Source: Planctomycetota bacterium (GTDB lineage: Bacteria; Planctomycetota; UBA1135; UBA2386). From it: a stretch of DNA of 64,000 nucleotides. The notes below the pieces were generated by a model. That model was not told where the DNA came from and searched no databases. It saw only the letters and a list, made by a program, of their open reading frames with translations. The DNA is taken from the NCBI GenBank assembly GCA_046290465.1, contig JBKAGP010000001.1:5888001-5952000 (forward strand), read 5' to 3'. Positions 30,981 through 40,623 of this stretch are shown here, in pieces. Position numbers and translations under genes: made by a program. Each line of letters starts with the position of its first letter. Within the stretch, counting starts at the first letter, position 1.

Positions 30981-33545
30981 CTACCAGTGGCTGCCGATCG
31001 TGAACGCGACCGCATCGGTCGCCGAGACCTGGCCGAGCACGCCCGGCTGGGACAGGTCCACGGTCAGGAAGTGGTGGTGCACGATCTGGCCGACCAGCGC
31101 CGGCTGGTTCGGGATCGTCAGGCGCGCGTCGGCGACCTGGCCGAGCTGGGGCGGGACGGTCACCAGGATCGGGTCGACCAGCAGCGAGCAGAACGGCGCC
31201 GCGTTGGCGAACAGCGAACCGAGCGGCACGCCGATCGGCGTGAAGCCGTAGACGGCGACAGCGGTGTGGCCGATCGGGATCGCGGTCGCCAGCGTGCGCG
31301 CCTGCCGGCCGAGCCAGGCACCGGAGCGGACCTTCAGCGTGGCGGTCAACGACGCCGAGGTGCAGAAGCCGTTGGCATACTCGAACGGGATCGCCGGACA
31401 CGTCGGTTCGACGCGCGCGACGAACATCGTCTCGACGCCGTCGAAGCGGCTGAACGCGCCGACGCACAGCACGGTGCCGTCGCTGCGCACCGCGAGGTCG
31501 TGCACCATCGCATCGGCACCGCTGCCGATCGCGTGCCAGGACGTGCCGTCCCAGCGCGCGATGTTGGCGGCGGGCACGCCGCCGGCCGCCGAGAAGCTGC
31601 CGCCGACCAGGAGGTCGCCGTTCGGCATCGCCGCGAGGCAGGTCGGTCGCTGCGTCGGGTCGTTGACCGGAAAGCCCGATCCCGGTTGGGACCAGCCGAC
31701 GCCGTCGAACGTCGCGATGCCCGACATCGGAGTGGTGCCTGCTTGCGTGATGTCGCCGAGCACGACCAGGTTGCCGGTGGTGGTGACCGCCAGGTCGCGC
31801 GGGGGCGCGTCGACGTCGCCGCCGACGGCAAACCACTGCTGCGCGACGTAGGTCGCGAGGTGTCCGACCGGGCCGCCGGTCTGCGACAGCTCGCCGCCGA
31901 ACACGATCGTGCCGTCCTCGAGGCGCGTGATCGCGGTGACGCTGCCGGTGAACTGCGGGTCGTAGTCGAGCCAGGTCAGCGTGTCCGGATCCCACGCGGC
32001 CAGTCCGGTGAAGGTCTGGCCGTAGAGGTCGGTGAACTGGTAGTCGCCGCCGACCAGCAGTCTGCCTGCTGCGTCTTCGCCGAACGCGAGCACCTTGCCG
32101 GCGACCACGGCGATCAGTTGGTAGGCGGGCGTCAGCGTGTCGCGGTAGAACACGAACGTCGCCCCGGTCGCGGCCTGCAGCGCGATGGCGTGGGCGCCGC
32201 TGTCGAGCGCATGGCCGACGGCGCCGGTGATGGTCGTGCCGAGGTTGACGGCTGCCGGAATCCAGCTGCCGTCGCGGTAGCGTGCCGCGTGCGGCGAGAC
32301 CACCGAGGCGAGGCTGCGGAAGTCGCCGGCCACCAGCAGGTCCCCGTCGCCGAGCGCCGCCGCGGCGAACACGGCGCCGTCGGTGCCCGGCCCGAGCGCG
32401 CGCCACTGCAGGCCGTTCCACCGCGCGATGCCGCGCAGCGGCGCGCCGGCGACCGCCTCGGAGGTGCCGCGCAGCAGCGCGCCGGAGGGCAGTTCGTAGA
32501 GGCTCGACGCGTAGCTCGGGGCGTTGGCGAGGCCGATCGGCAGCCAGTTGCCGCCGCTGCTGCGCACGGCTGGGGTGTACAGCAGGCCCGAGGGGCGCAG
32601 GTCCCCGCCGACGAGCAGTTCGCCGGAAGCCGCCTCGATCACGCAACGCTTGCTGCCGAACGGCAGGTTCGGTGCGGCGGTCCAGGTGCTGCCGTCGAAG
32701 CGGGCGAACCCCGCGGCCGGCACGCCGTCGATGCTGGTGAAGTTGCCGACGACGATCAGGTCGCCGTTGGACGCGAGCAACAGCTGCTCGCCGATGCCGA
32801 TCGGCAGGATGTTGTTGGCGGCCATGCCGCTGCCGTAGGGCTGCCAGCCCGAGCCGTCCCAGCGCGCGATGCTGCCGACCGGCTGGCCGGCCGCCAGCGC
32901 GAAGAAGCCGGTCGCGACGACGTCGCCGTTGGGCAGCACGACCAGGTCGTTGACGTATTCCTCGAGCGAGGTCACCAGGTTGCCGATCGAGCTCCACTGG
33001 TTGTTGGCGAAGCGCAGCACCGAGGTCCCGACGACGCCGCCGGCGAGCGTCTCGCGGAACTCGCCGCCGACCAGCACGTCGCCGTTGGGGCGCACGGCGA
33101 CCGCGTGCACGCGGCCCTGTGGATCGGTGATGCCGTTGCCGAGCGCCGACCAGGTGGTGCCGTCGAAGCGCGCGACGTCGTTGGCGGCGATCCCGCCGAT
33201 CTCGGTGAAGTCGCCGCCGACGATCAGGTCGCCGTTCGGCGTCACGGCCGCGTCGCGAACAATGCCGTCGCAGCGGCCGATGCTCGAGAACGTCTCGGTG
33301 GCGGGATCGAGCAGGGCGAGTCCGCCGCCGACGTTGGCAAGGTTGCGAAACGCTCCGCAGACGACCACGTGCACGCCGAGCGGGCCGGGGCCGTCGGGGT
33401 CCCATTCGACGAACGAACGGACCTCGCCGTCGGCACCCGCGAACGGGCCGTCCGAAGCGGGCAGGACGTCGCACTGGCCGACGGCGATCGTGACCAGCGA
33501 CAAGGGAGCGAGCGCAGCTCGCAGCAGAGGGCGGATCGGTTGCAT
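30981..33545 (-). CDS. Secreted beta-propeller repeat protein with conserved C-terminal domain
   Basis: Repeats of PNGDLxVGGxF...IARWDGxxW; WDPDGPGP near N-terminus; signal peptide from ATG 33545 with AAGGAG upstream. Confidence 0.8.
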   Translation of the reverse strand: MQPIRPLLRAALAPLSLVTIAVGQCDVLPASDGPFAGADGEVRSFVEWDPDGPGPLGVHVVVCGAFRNLANVGGGLALLDPATETFSSIGRCDGIVRDAAVTPNGDLIVGGDFTEIGGIAANDVARFDGTTWSALGNGITDPQGRVHAVAVRPNGDVLVGGEFRETLAGGVVGTSVLRFANNQWSSIGNLVTSLEEYVNDLVVLPNGDVVATGFFALAAGQPVGSIARWDGSGWQPYGSGMAANNILPIGIGEQLLLASNGDLIVVGNFTSIDGVPAAGFARFDGSTWTAAPNLPFGSKRCVIEAASGELLVGGDLRPSGLLYTPAVRSSGGNWLPIGLANAPSYASSLYELPSGALLRGTSEAVAGAPLRGIARWNGLQWRALGPGTDGAVFAAAALGDGDLLVAGDFRSLASVVSPHAARYRDGSWIPAAVNLGTTITGAVGHALDSGAHAIALQAATGATFVFYRDTLTPAYQLIAVVAGKVLAFGEDAAGRLLVGGDYQFTDLYGQTFTGLAAWDPDTLTWLDYDPQFTGSVTAITRLEDGTIVFGGELSQTGGPVGHLATYVAQQWFAVGGDVDAPPRDLAVTTTGNLVVLGDITQAGTTPMSGIATFDGVGWSQPGSGFPVNDPTQRPTCLAAMPNGDLLVGGSFSAAGGVPAANIARWDGTSWHAIGSGADAMVHDLAVRSDGTVLCVGAFSRFDGVETMFVARVEPTCPAIPFEYANGFCTSASLTATLKVRSGAWLGRQARTLATAIPIGHTAVAVYGFTPIGVPLGSLFANAAPFCSLLVDPILVTVPPQLGQVADARLTIPNQPALVGQIVHHHFLTVDLSQPGVLGQVSATDAVAFTIGSHW

Positions 33546-33665
33546 GCGTGGGGTCTCCTTCGGATTCGCCCCGGGATAGTAGCCGCGCCGTCGTCGGTCA
33601 TCGCGCGGGCGGAACCGCTCACTCGACGTGCGGTGAGCAGAACCGCTCTGCGCATCGTCGTCGCA

Positions 33666-33861
33666 CTGATCACTTGGTTGTTGGTCCCGGCGCGGCCGAC
33701 GCGAAGCCTGGCGCAGCGGCGGCCGGAGGCCCTGCACGGGCCGCCGCGAGGGCCGCTGCGGCGCGATCCGGCCGATCTGGCCGCACAATCCGCGGATTCC
33801 CGGCCCACATTCCGCTACACCGATCCACGGCCGCGCGCGGCACCAACAACCAGGTGGTCAG
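33666..33861. mobile_element. Second non-autonomous element (MITE/REPIN-like), 196 bp
   Basis: Left ctgatcacttggttgttggt (33666-33685), right accaacaaccaggtggtcag (33842-33861); sub-terminal tccacggccgcgcgcggcacc resembles the reverse complement of the 25641 element. Confidence 0.8.
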
Positions 33862-33900
33862 TTGACGGCGTCTGTCGCCAGCCCCGCGCCGGCGCGTTCC

Positions 33901-33928
33901 CCGGACGATCAGCCCCGGACGATCAGCC
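33901..33928. repeat. 14-bp tandem duplication over the FAH stop codon
   Basis: ccggacgatcagcc x2. Confidence 0.8.
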
Positions 33929-34822
33929 CTCGGCTGCGGCGACCGGGTTGCGCAGCACGCCGAGGCCGTCGATCTCGACCTCGCAGACGTCGCCGGCCTT
34001 CAGGTAGACGGGCGGCTTGCGCGCGAACCCGACCCCCGGCGGCGTGCCGGTCGCGATGACGTCTCCCGGCTCCAGCGTGAACCACTGCGACAGGTCCTCG
34101 ATCAGCTCCGGGATCCCGAACACCAGCTGGTCGGTGTTCGAGTCCTGCAGCGTCTCGCCGTTGAGGCGCAGGCGGATGCCGAGCCGGTGCGGGTCCGGAA
34201 TCTCGTCGGTCGTCGCGACGAACTCGCCGAACGGCGCAAACGTGTCGCACGCCTTGCCACGCGTCCACTGGCCGTCGGCGAACTGGAAGTCGCGCGCCGA
34301 CACGTCGTGGAAGTTGCAGTAGCCGAGCACGTGGTCCATCGCGTCCGCGCGGCTCACCCGGCACGCGCGGCGGCCGACGACGACGCCGAGTTCGGCCTCG
34401 AAGTCGGTCTCGGTGCTGCCCTTCGGGATCACGATCGTGCCGCCGGGCGCGAGCACGCAGCTCGGGAACTTGCTGAAGATCAGCGGCCGGGTGGGCAGCT
34501 CGGCGCCCTGCTCCTCGGCGTGGTCCTTGTAGTTGAGGCCGATGCAGAAGATCTTGCCCGGCTTCGGCACCGGCGCGTGCAGTTCGACCGCGTCGCGCGC
34601 GAGCACCGCCTGGCCGCGCACGGCGTCGACCTTGCCGCCATCGGCGACCAGCGCGCGGGCCGCCGCCTGGAACGGGTGCGCCAGGTCGCACGCGTCGAGC
34701 GCGTGGCCGAGCGCGGGCAGGCCGCAGGCGTCGTGGGTCAGGTCCAGCACGCTGCCGTCGTCGAGCAGCGCGCCGGGGCGCGGGGTGGGGGAGGTCGAGG
34801 TCGAGAAGGCGACGAGTTTCAC
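33923..34822 (-). CDS. Fumarylacetoacetate hydrolase family protein
   Basis: KIFCIGLNYKDHAEE, DFEAELGVV, HDVSARDFQ, GKACDTF, GDVIATGTPPGVG; GTG start at 34822 with AGGAG upstream. Confidence 0.93.
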   Translation of the reverse strand: MKLVAFSTSTSPTPRPGALLDDGSVLDLTHDACGLPALGHALDACDLAHPFQAAARALVADGGKVDAVRGQAVLARDAVELHAPVPKPGKIFCIGLNYKDHAEEQGAELPTRPLIFSKFPSCVLAPGGTIVIPKGSTETDFEAELGVVVGRRACRVSRADAMDHVLGYCNFHDVSARDFQFADGQWTRGKACDTFAPFGEFVATTDEIPDPHRLGIRLRLNGETLQDSNTDQLVFGIPELIEDLSQWFTLEPGDVIATGTPPGVGFARKPPVYLKAGDVCEVEIDGLGVLRNPVAAAEG

Positions 34823-34886
34823 GCGGAGGGCTCCTATTGGGAGCGACAGCGGAACCGTTCGGCCTGCTCGCCGCAACCTTGGAACG

Positions 34887-37424
34887 CTACCAGAGCGATC
34901 CGACCAGCAGACCCATGCGCGGCGACGTGCGCACCGACAGCGCGCCGAGTGCCGAGAAGTCGAGGCCGATGGTCTGGTGGTAGATGGTCACGCCGACGGC
35001 GGCGGCCAGGTCGGGCACGTCTGGCGAGAACGGCGCCACGGCCTGCTGCGGCGTCGCCAGCATCAGCACGTCGGGCTGCAGCTCCAGGTAGCAGGATCCG
35101 GGCAGGCCGGCCTGGGCCAGCGGCAGCAGCGCCGTCTGCGTGCCGAACACGCCGACCGCCAGCGACGTGCCCAGGAACGGCGCGACCTCGAGTTCGATCG
35201 CGGCGCCGCGCCACGCGTCGGCCCGCACTTCGACCTGCAGCGGCAGCGAACTGCCGCACGCAAACGTCTGCTGGTCGCTCCGCGTCGGGCAGGTCGGCGT
35301 CAGCACGGTGACGCCGGCGGTCGGCCACTGCGGCACGTTGAGGAAGTCGCCGCACACCGCGACCTCGCCGTCGGGCGCGACGTCGAGGCGGCGGACCGGG
35401 CCGTCGATGCCGACACCGGCGTCGTGCCAGGCACCGTCCCATCGGGCCAGGTGGCTGGCCGGAACGCCGCCGGCGCTCTGGAAGCTGCCGCCGACCAGCA
35501 GTTCGCCGGTCGGCAATTCGACGACGGTCCGCGCATCCCCGGACGGGAAGCCGCTGCCGAACGTCTGCCAGCCCTGGCCGTCCCAGGCGGCGATGCCGTT
35601 CGCGGGCACGCCGCCGGCGAATTGGAACGGGCCGACCGCGACGAAGCCGCCGGCGCGGCGCGGCTCGAGGTCCTGTGGCGGCGCGTCGACGCCGCCCTGC
35701 AGCGCGTCCCAGCCGCTGCCGTGAAAGACGGCGAGGTTGCCGAGCGCGGTGCCGGCGGACGCGAGGTTCTCGCCACCGACCACCAGGTCGCCGTTGGCCA
35801 GCACGCACAGCGCGGTGACGCGGCCGGTCAGCAGCGGGTCGACCGGCCACCAGGCGCCGGTGGCGTTGCTGCGGCGTGCCAGCGGCGTCGGCGCCGGGAA
35901 CGACGACGTGACCTCGGCCGCGCCGGCCAGCAGTTCGCCGTTCTGGTCGATCGCCAGGACCGCGTCGCCGTAGCCCGGGTCGGCCGAGCCGACCTGCGTG
36001 GTCACGCCGCCCTGCTCGCGGAAGATGCGATCGTCGCCGGCGATGCGCGCGGTGACGAACAGCGTGCCGTCGCCGCGGCGCACGAGGCGGCGGAAGTCGC
36101 GCACGACCGTCGGCTGCGAAGCGGAGAACAGGCCGAACTGCGTGTCGATGCGACCGAGGCCGCTGGCGGGGTGGCCGCCGAACGTCACGAAGCTGCCGGC
36201 GACGTAGTGCTGGCCTCCCGGCCCGGCCGCGACGTCGCGCACGATGCCGTCGGTGCCGCTGACCAGCGGCCCCCAGCTGCCCTGCCACGAGCGCGACAGG
36301 TTGCCGGTGCCCACGCGCGGGCTCGTGCTGTCGGGGGTGAGCCAGCGGAACCGGCCGCCGAGCAGGAAGTCGCCGCTCGGCAGCTGGGCCACCTCGGTCG
36401 CCGCGTGCTCGAGCTCGGCCGTGCCGAAGCCGGACCAGCTCGCGCCGTCCCAGATGGCGATCGGGGTCGGCGACGCGTTCGGCAGCGAGAACTGGCCGGT
36501 GACGGCGAGGTCGCCGTTGGCCAGCAGCGTGGCGCCGCGCGCGATCGACGGCAGCCCCGGCAGCGCGTTCCAGCCGGTGCCGTCCCAGCGCGCGGCCCAG
36601 CTCGCGCTGACGCCGCCGATGGTCGCGAACGGACCGACCACGTAGACGTCGCCGGTCGGGTGCAGCATCGCATCGTAGAGGACCGTGAAGCCGGTGGCGG
36701 CCGCGCCGAGCGGCGACCAGCTGCTGCCGTCCCACCGCGCGATGCCGGACGTGACCAGGCCGCCGATGCTCGCGAACGTGCCGGCCGCCAGCAGGTCGCC
36801 GTTGCCGTCGATCAGCACCCGCGCGACGGTGCCGGGCTGGTAGAAGATCTCGACGTCGCCGAGCGACTGCCAGGCGCCGTTGCTGCGTTCGGCGATCGAC
36901 CATGCCGGCACGCCGCCGATCGTGCCGAAGTGGCCGCCGACGACCAGGTCGCCGTTGGCGCGCGCGACGATCGAGTAGATCGCGGCGGGGCCGAGGGTCG
37001 GGACCGTCAGCGTGGCGCCGAGCGACGACCAGGTGCTGCCGTCGAAGCGGGCCAGCGGACCGGTGGCGACGCCGCCGATCGACGTGAACGAGCCGCCGAC
37101 CAGCAGGTCGCCGTTGCCGTCGGTCGCAAAGCAGTGCACCGCGCCGTTGCAGTCGGCGAACGGCTGCAGGCCGGTCGCCTCGTCGTAGACGGCGACGCTG
37201 GTGCGCACCGCACCGACCTCCCAGAACGCGCCGGCCAGCAGCTGCCGTTCGGGCTGGGGGCCGGGGCCGTCCGGGTCCCACCGGCCGAAGGCGTGCACCG
37301 GGCCGTTGGCGCCGGCGCGCGGGCCGGTCGGGAACGGCACCGGCTGGCACTGCGCGGCGAGCGAAGCCGCACAGCAGGCCAGGACCAGCAACAGCGGGGA
37401 CAGCGGGGGGCGGGCCGGCATCAT
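34887..37424 (-). CDS. Secreted beta-propeller repeat protein, paralog of 30981-33545
   Basis: Same WDPDGPGP start, NGDLxVGGxF...ARWDGxxW repeats and PTCP-linked C-terminal domain ending VGSLW. Confidence 0.8.
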   Translation of the reverse strand: MMPARPPLSPLLLVLACCAASLAAQCQPVPFPTGPRAGANGPVHAFGRWDPDGPGPQPERQLLAGAFWEVGAVRTSVAVYDEATGLQPFADCNGAVHCFATDGNGDLLVGGSFTSIGGVATGPLARFDGSTWSSLGATLTVPTLGPAAIYSIVARANGDLVVGGHFGTIGGVPAWSIAERSNGAWQSLGDVEIFYQPGTVARVLIDGNGDLLAAGTFASIGGLVTSGIARWDGSSWSPLGAAATGFTVLYDAMLHPTGDVYVVGPFATIGGVSASWAARWDGTGWNALPGLPSIARGATLLANGDLAVTGQFSLPNASPTPIAIWDGASWSGFGTAELEHAATEVAQLPSGDFLLGGRFRWLTPDSTSPRVGTGNLSRSWQGSWGPLVSGTDGIVRDVAAGPGGQHYVAGSFVTFGGHPASGLGRIDTQFGLFSASQPTVVRDFRRLVRRGDGTLFVTARIAGDDRIFREQGGVTTQVGSADPGYGDAVLAIDQNGELLAGAAEVTSSFPAPTPLARRSNATGAWWPVDPLLTGRVTALCVLANGDLVVGGENLASAGTALGNLAVFHGSGWDALQGGVDAPPQDLEPRRAGGFVAVGPFQFAGGVPANGIAAWDGQGWQTFGSGFPSGDARTVVELPTGELLVGGSFQSAGGVPASHLARWDGAWHDAGVGIDGPVRRLDVAPDGEVAVCGDFLNVPQWPTAGVTVLTPTCPTRSDQQTFACGSSLPLQVEVRADAWRGAAIELEVAPFLGTSLAVGVFGTQTALLPLAQAGLPGSCYLELQPDVLMLATPQQAVAPFSPDVPDLAAAVGVTIYHQTIGLDFSALGALSVRTSPRMGLLVGSLW

Positions 37425-37496
37425 GGTGCCGAACGGTACGCCGCCGGACCGTCGCGGTAACCGCTTTCGCCCGTCACAGGGCGCGCATCCGCACGG

Positions 37497-38048
37497 CTAC
37501 AGGGTCGCCTGCAGCCGCCACTTCGGCGGCCGGCCGATCATCCCCTGCACGTTCTCTTCGAGCGCGACCTTCTTGTCGGTCTTCGGCAGCACGAACATGC
37601 CGAACGGCGTGCTCGGCGGCTTCGCCTTGGCGTTGGCGGGGTCGATGACGGTGGTCTGGTAGCTGTTGGCGTGGTAGCGCAGCGTCCACCGGTCGCCGTC
37701 GAGCACCTGCTCGACCCGGTAGCCGGCGGTGTTGCCGCACTTGCCGCCGAACACCGCGACGACCATGCACCGTTCGAAGTCGACGATCGGGACCTGCTGC
37801 TGGTTGTAGTACCAACCGTAGCCGCGCTTTTGCGCCTGCTGGCCGGTGTGTTCGCACCACAGCGTCGCCCAGGTCTCGGCGTCGGTCACCCGCAGGTAGC
37901 GGGTCTCGTCGACCTTGCTGAACTCGCCGCGGAACGTCACCAGCGGCTTGGGCAGCTGCCTGGGGTCCTGCGGCTCTTGCACGAACGCCACCGCGCTCAG
38001 CGCGAGCGCGGCGACGATGAGGACGGCCACCTTCTTCGGGTTCATCAT
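37497..38048 (-). CDS. Secreted PrcB C-terminal domain-like protein
   Basis: Signal peptide; WATLWCEH...PIVDFERCMVVAVFGG...GYRVEQV...TPFGMFVLPK. Start may be 38045. Confidence 0.6.
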   Translation of the reverse strand: MMNPKKVAVLIVAALALSAVAFVQEPQDPRQLPKPLVTFRGEFSKVDETRYLRVTDAETWATLWCEHTGQQAQKRGYGWYYNQQQVPIVDFERCMVVAVFGGKCGNTAGYRVEQVLDGDRWTLRYHANSYQTTVIDPANAKAKPPSTPFGMFVLPKTDKKVALEENVQGMIGRPPKWRLQATL

Positions 38049-38149
38049 GGAAGCCTAGACGATTCCGGCACCGGCTGGCTTCGTCAGTGAACTGTCAGCG
38101 CCGGAACCCCGGTGATCGGCGCGCCCTGCCCGGGTAGAACGCGGCCGTC

Positions 38150-39394
38150 GTGCTGTTCCGTTTCTGCCTCTACGGGTTCCTCAAGAACCTGCGCCTGTTC
38201 GACGCCTTCCTGCTGCTGGCGCTGCGCGACCGTGGCCTCGACTTCGCCGCGATCGGCGCCCTGGTGTCGGTGCGCGAGGTCTCGGTGCTGCTGCTCGAGG
38301 TGCCGTCCGGCGCGCTCGCGGACACGGTCGGCCGGCGCCGCTGCATGGTGCTGAGCATGGCCAGCTACGTCGCGTTCAGCCTGCTGTTCTGGGGCGCGTC
38401 GTCGTTCGCGCTGCTCGCGCTCGGCATGGTCTGCTACGGCGTCGGCGACGCGTTCCGCAGCGGCACGCACAAGGCGATGATCCTGTCGTGGCTGCGCGCA
38501 CAGGATCGCCTCGACGACAAGACCGAGGTCTACGGCCGCACCCGTTCCTGGTCGCAGCTCGGCTCGGCCTGCTCGGCGGCGCTCGGCGGGGTGCTGCTGG
38601 TCGCCGGCGCCGACTACCGCGCGATGTTCCTCGCCTACGCCGTCATCGCCGCGATCAACCTGGTCAACCTCGCCACCTATCCGGCGGCGCTCGACGCGCG
38701 GCCCGACGACGACGAACCGCGCGGCGCGGTCGCCGCCACCTGGCGGCGCCTGCTCTCGACCGCGCGGCGGGTGTTCGCCGACCGCGCGCTGCGCCCGGTC
38801 GTCACCGCCGGGGTCGCGGTGCGCGGCGGCTACAAGGTCGCCAAGGACTACCTGCAGCCGGTGCTGCAGGCCCTGGTGGTGGCGCTGCCGGTCGGTGCCA
38901 CGTGGAGCACCGAGCAGCGAACGGGGCTGTTGGTCGGCCTGGTCGGCGCCGGCCTGTTCGTGCTGGCGAGCCAGGCCTCGCGCCGCGCGCACCTGTTCGA
39001 ACGGCGCTTCGCCGACGCCGACCGCGCCGCGCGCGCGCTGACGACGATCTTCGTGGTGCTGTTCGCGCTGCTCGCGGCGCTCGCCTGGCTCGACCAGCGT
39101 TGGGTGCTGGTCGCGATGTTCGTGCTGCTGGCGATCGGCAACAACCTGTGGCGGCCGGTGCAGGTGGGCCGGCTCGCCGACACCGGCGGCGACGAGGACC
39201 AGGCCACGGTGCTCAGCATCGAGGCGCAGCTCGGCGCGCTGTTTGCGGCGCTGCTGGCGCCGGCGGTCGGAGCGCTGGTCGACCTGCTCGCCGACGGCGC
39301 CTCGCCGGTGCCGGCGCTGGCGCTGGCGCCGCTCGGCCTGCTGGCGCTGCCGGTGCTGTTCGCGCGCGCGCGGCTGGCGGCGGCGCGTTCCTGA
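38150..39394 (+). CDS. MFS transporter
   Basis: LEVPSGALADTVGRRR (MFS motif A), GDAFRSGTHKA, about 12 hydrophobic segments. Confidence 0.9.
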   Translation: MLFRFCLYGFLKNLRLFDAFLLLALRDRGLDFAAIGALVSVREVSVLLLEVPSGALADTVGRRRCMVLSMASYVAFSLLFWGASSFALLALGMVCYGVGDAFRSGTHKAMILSWLRAQDRLDDKTEVYGRTRSWSQLGSACSAALGGVLLVAGADYRAMFLAYAVIAAINLVNLATYPAALDARPDDDEPRGAVAATWRRLLSTARRVFADRALRPVVTAGVAVRGGYKVAKDYLQPVLQALVVALPVGATWSTEQRTGLLVGLVGAGLFVLASQASRRAHLFERRFADADRAARALTTIFVVLFALLAALAWLDQRWVLVAMFVLLAIGNNLWRPVQVGRLADTGGDEDQATVLSIEAQLGALFAALLAPAVGALVDLLADGASPVPALALAPLGLLALPVLFARARLAAARS

Positions 39395-39445
39395 CCGTCG
39401 CAGTCCACCGCGTGCCGACGGCCGCGATGGCCGAGGCCGCGCCGA

Positions 39446-40591
39446 TCAGCAGCCGAACGTCGCGACGCCCTTGATGTAGCCCTCGGTCGCGCTGTCGCCG
39501 GTGAACGCGTCGGGCACGTTCTCGAGCCCGGCGTAGCGGTGCGTCACCAGATCCCGCACGCGCACGTCGCCGCGCTCGAGCAGCTCGAGGCCCTGCCGGT
39601 AGATCGTCGGCTTGCCGTCGTCGTCGAAGCCGCCGCTGGCTCCGACCGTCGTGATCAGCACCGCCTCCTTCCACTGCAGCAGGGTCAGGTGTTCGAGCGG
39701 TGCGGTGCCGTGGCCGACGCCGTAGAGCAGCACGGTGGCCTGCTTGCGGATGATGTCGGCCGCCACTGGAAACACGTGGCCACAGCCGGTCGCCTCGACC
39801 AGCAGTTCGGCGCGGCGGCCGCGCGAGTGCTGCAGCACCGCCTGCTGCAGCTCTTCGGGCGCCACCGCGATGGCGCCGAGCCTGGCCGCCATCGCGCGCT
39901 TGTGCGCGCTCGGATCGCTGACCAGCACCGGCCCGTCGAACGCATACCTGCTGCGCAGCACCTGCACGAACAACAGCCCGGCGGGACCCGCGCCGAGGAT
40001 CACGACGGTGCGCACGCGCTCGCTCTCGGACGCGGCGGGGCCGAGTCGGTAGCGCGTGTTGGCGCGCACGCCGAAGTCGGTCGAGTGCAGCACGCAGCCG
40101 ATCGGTTCGGTCATCACCGCCTCGGCGAACGGCAGGTCGCTGCGGATCTCGATGCAGTTGATCGCCGGCGTGACCAGCTGCTCGGCGAAGCCGCCGGGCA
40201 GGCCGGTGATGCCGTGCTCCTCGAAGAACTCGCACTGGTGCGAGTGGCCGGTCGCGCAGTACTCGCAGCGCGGCTCGCGCCGTTCGCTGACGCAGTTGCG
40301 GCCCTGGTCGACGACCACGCGCGCGCCGACGCGCAGGTCGGTCACGGCCTTGCCGGTCTCGACGACGGTGCCGGTGATCTCGTGACCGAGGATCTGCGGC
40401 CACTCCTCGAACGGGATCTGGCTGCCGTCCTCACGGAAGCGGAAGTTCGATTCGCCCGCGAAGATGTGGAAGTCGGTGCCGCAGACGCCGACCGCGTTCG
40501 GCTCGATGCGCACGTCGAACGGACCGAGCTGCGGCGCCTCGACGTCGAGCAGCTCCAGGCGACGGGGGGCGGTGATCGCGCAGGCTCGCAT
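39446..40591 (-). CDS. Zn-dependent (MDR) sugar/polyol dehydrogenase
   Basis: GVCGTDFH, LGHE, C...CEYC...C structural Zn site, GAGPAG. Confidence 0.9.
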   Translation of the reverse strand: MRACAITAPRRLELLDVEAPQLGPFDVRIEPNAVGVCGTDFHIFAGESNFRFREDGSQIPFEEWPQILGHEITGTVVETGKAVTDLRVGARVVVDQGRNCVSERREPRCEYCATGHSHQCEFFEEHGITGLPGGFAEQLVTPAINCIEIRSDLPFAEAVMTEPIGCVLHSTDFGVRANTRYRLGPAASESERVRTVVILGAGPAGLLFVQVLRSRYAFDGPVLVSDPSAHKRAMAARLGAIAVAPEELQQAVLQHSRGRRAELLVEATGCGHVFPVAADIIRKQATVLLYGVGHGTAPLEHLTLLQWKEAVLITTVGASGGFDDDGKPTIYRQGLELLERGDVRVRDLVTHRYAGLENVPDAFTGDSATEGYIKGVATFGC

Positions 40592-40623
40592 GCCGCGCAG
40601 TGTAGCGGCGGCGGCGATCGGGC

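Noticed and set aside
26390..33861. Genomic island integrated at selC
   Set aside because: No integrase, no duplicated tRNA 3' end noticed, and downstream genes look native in composition.
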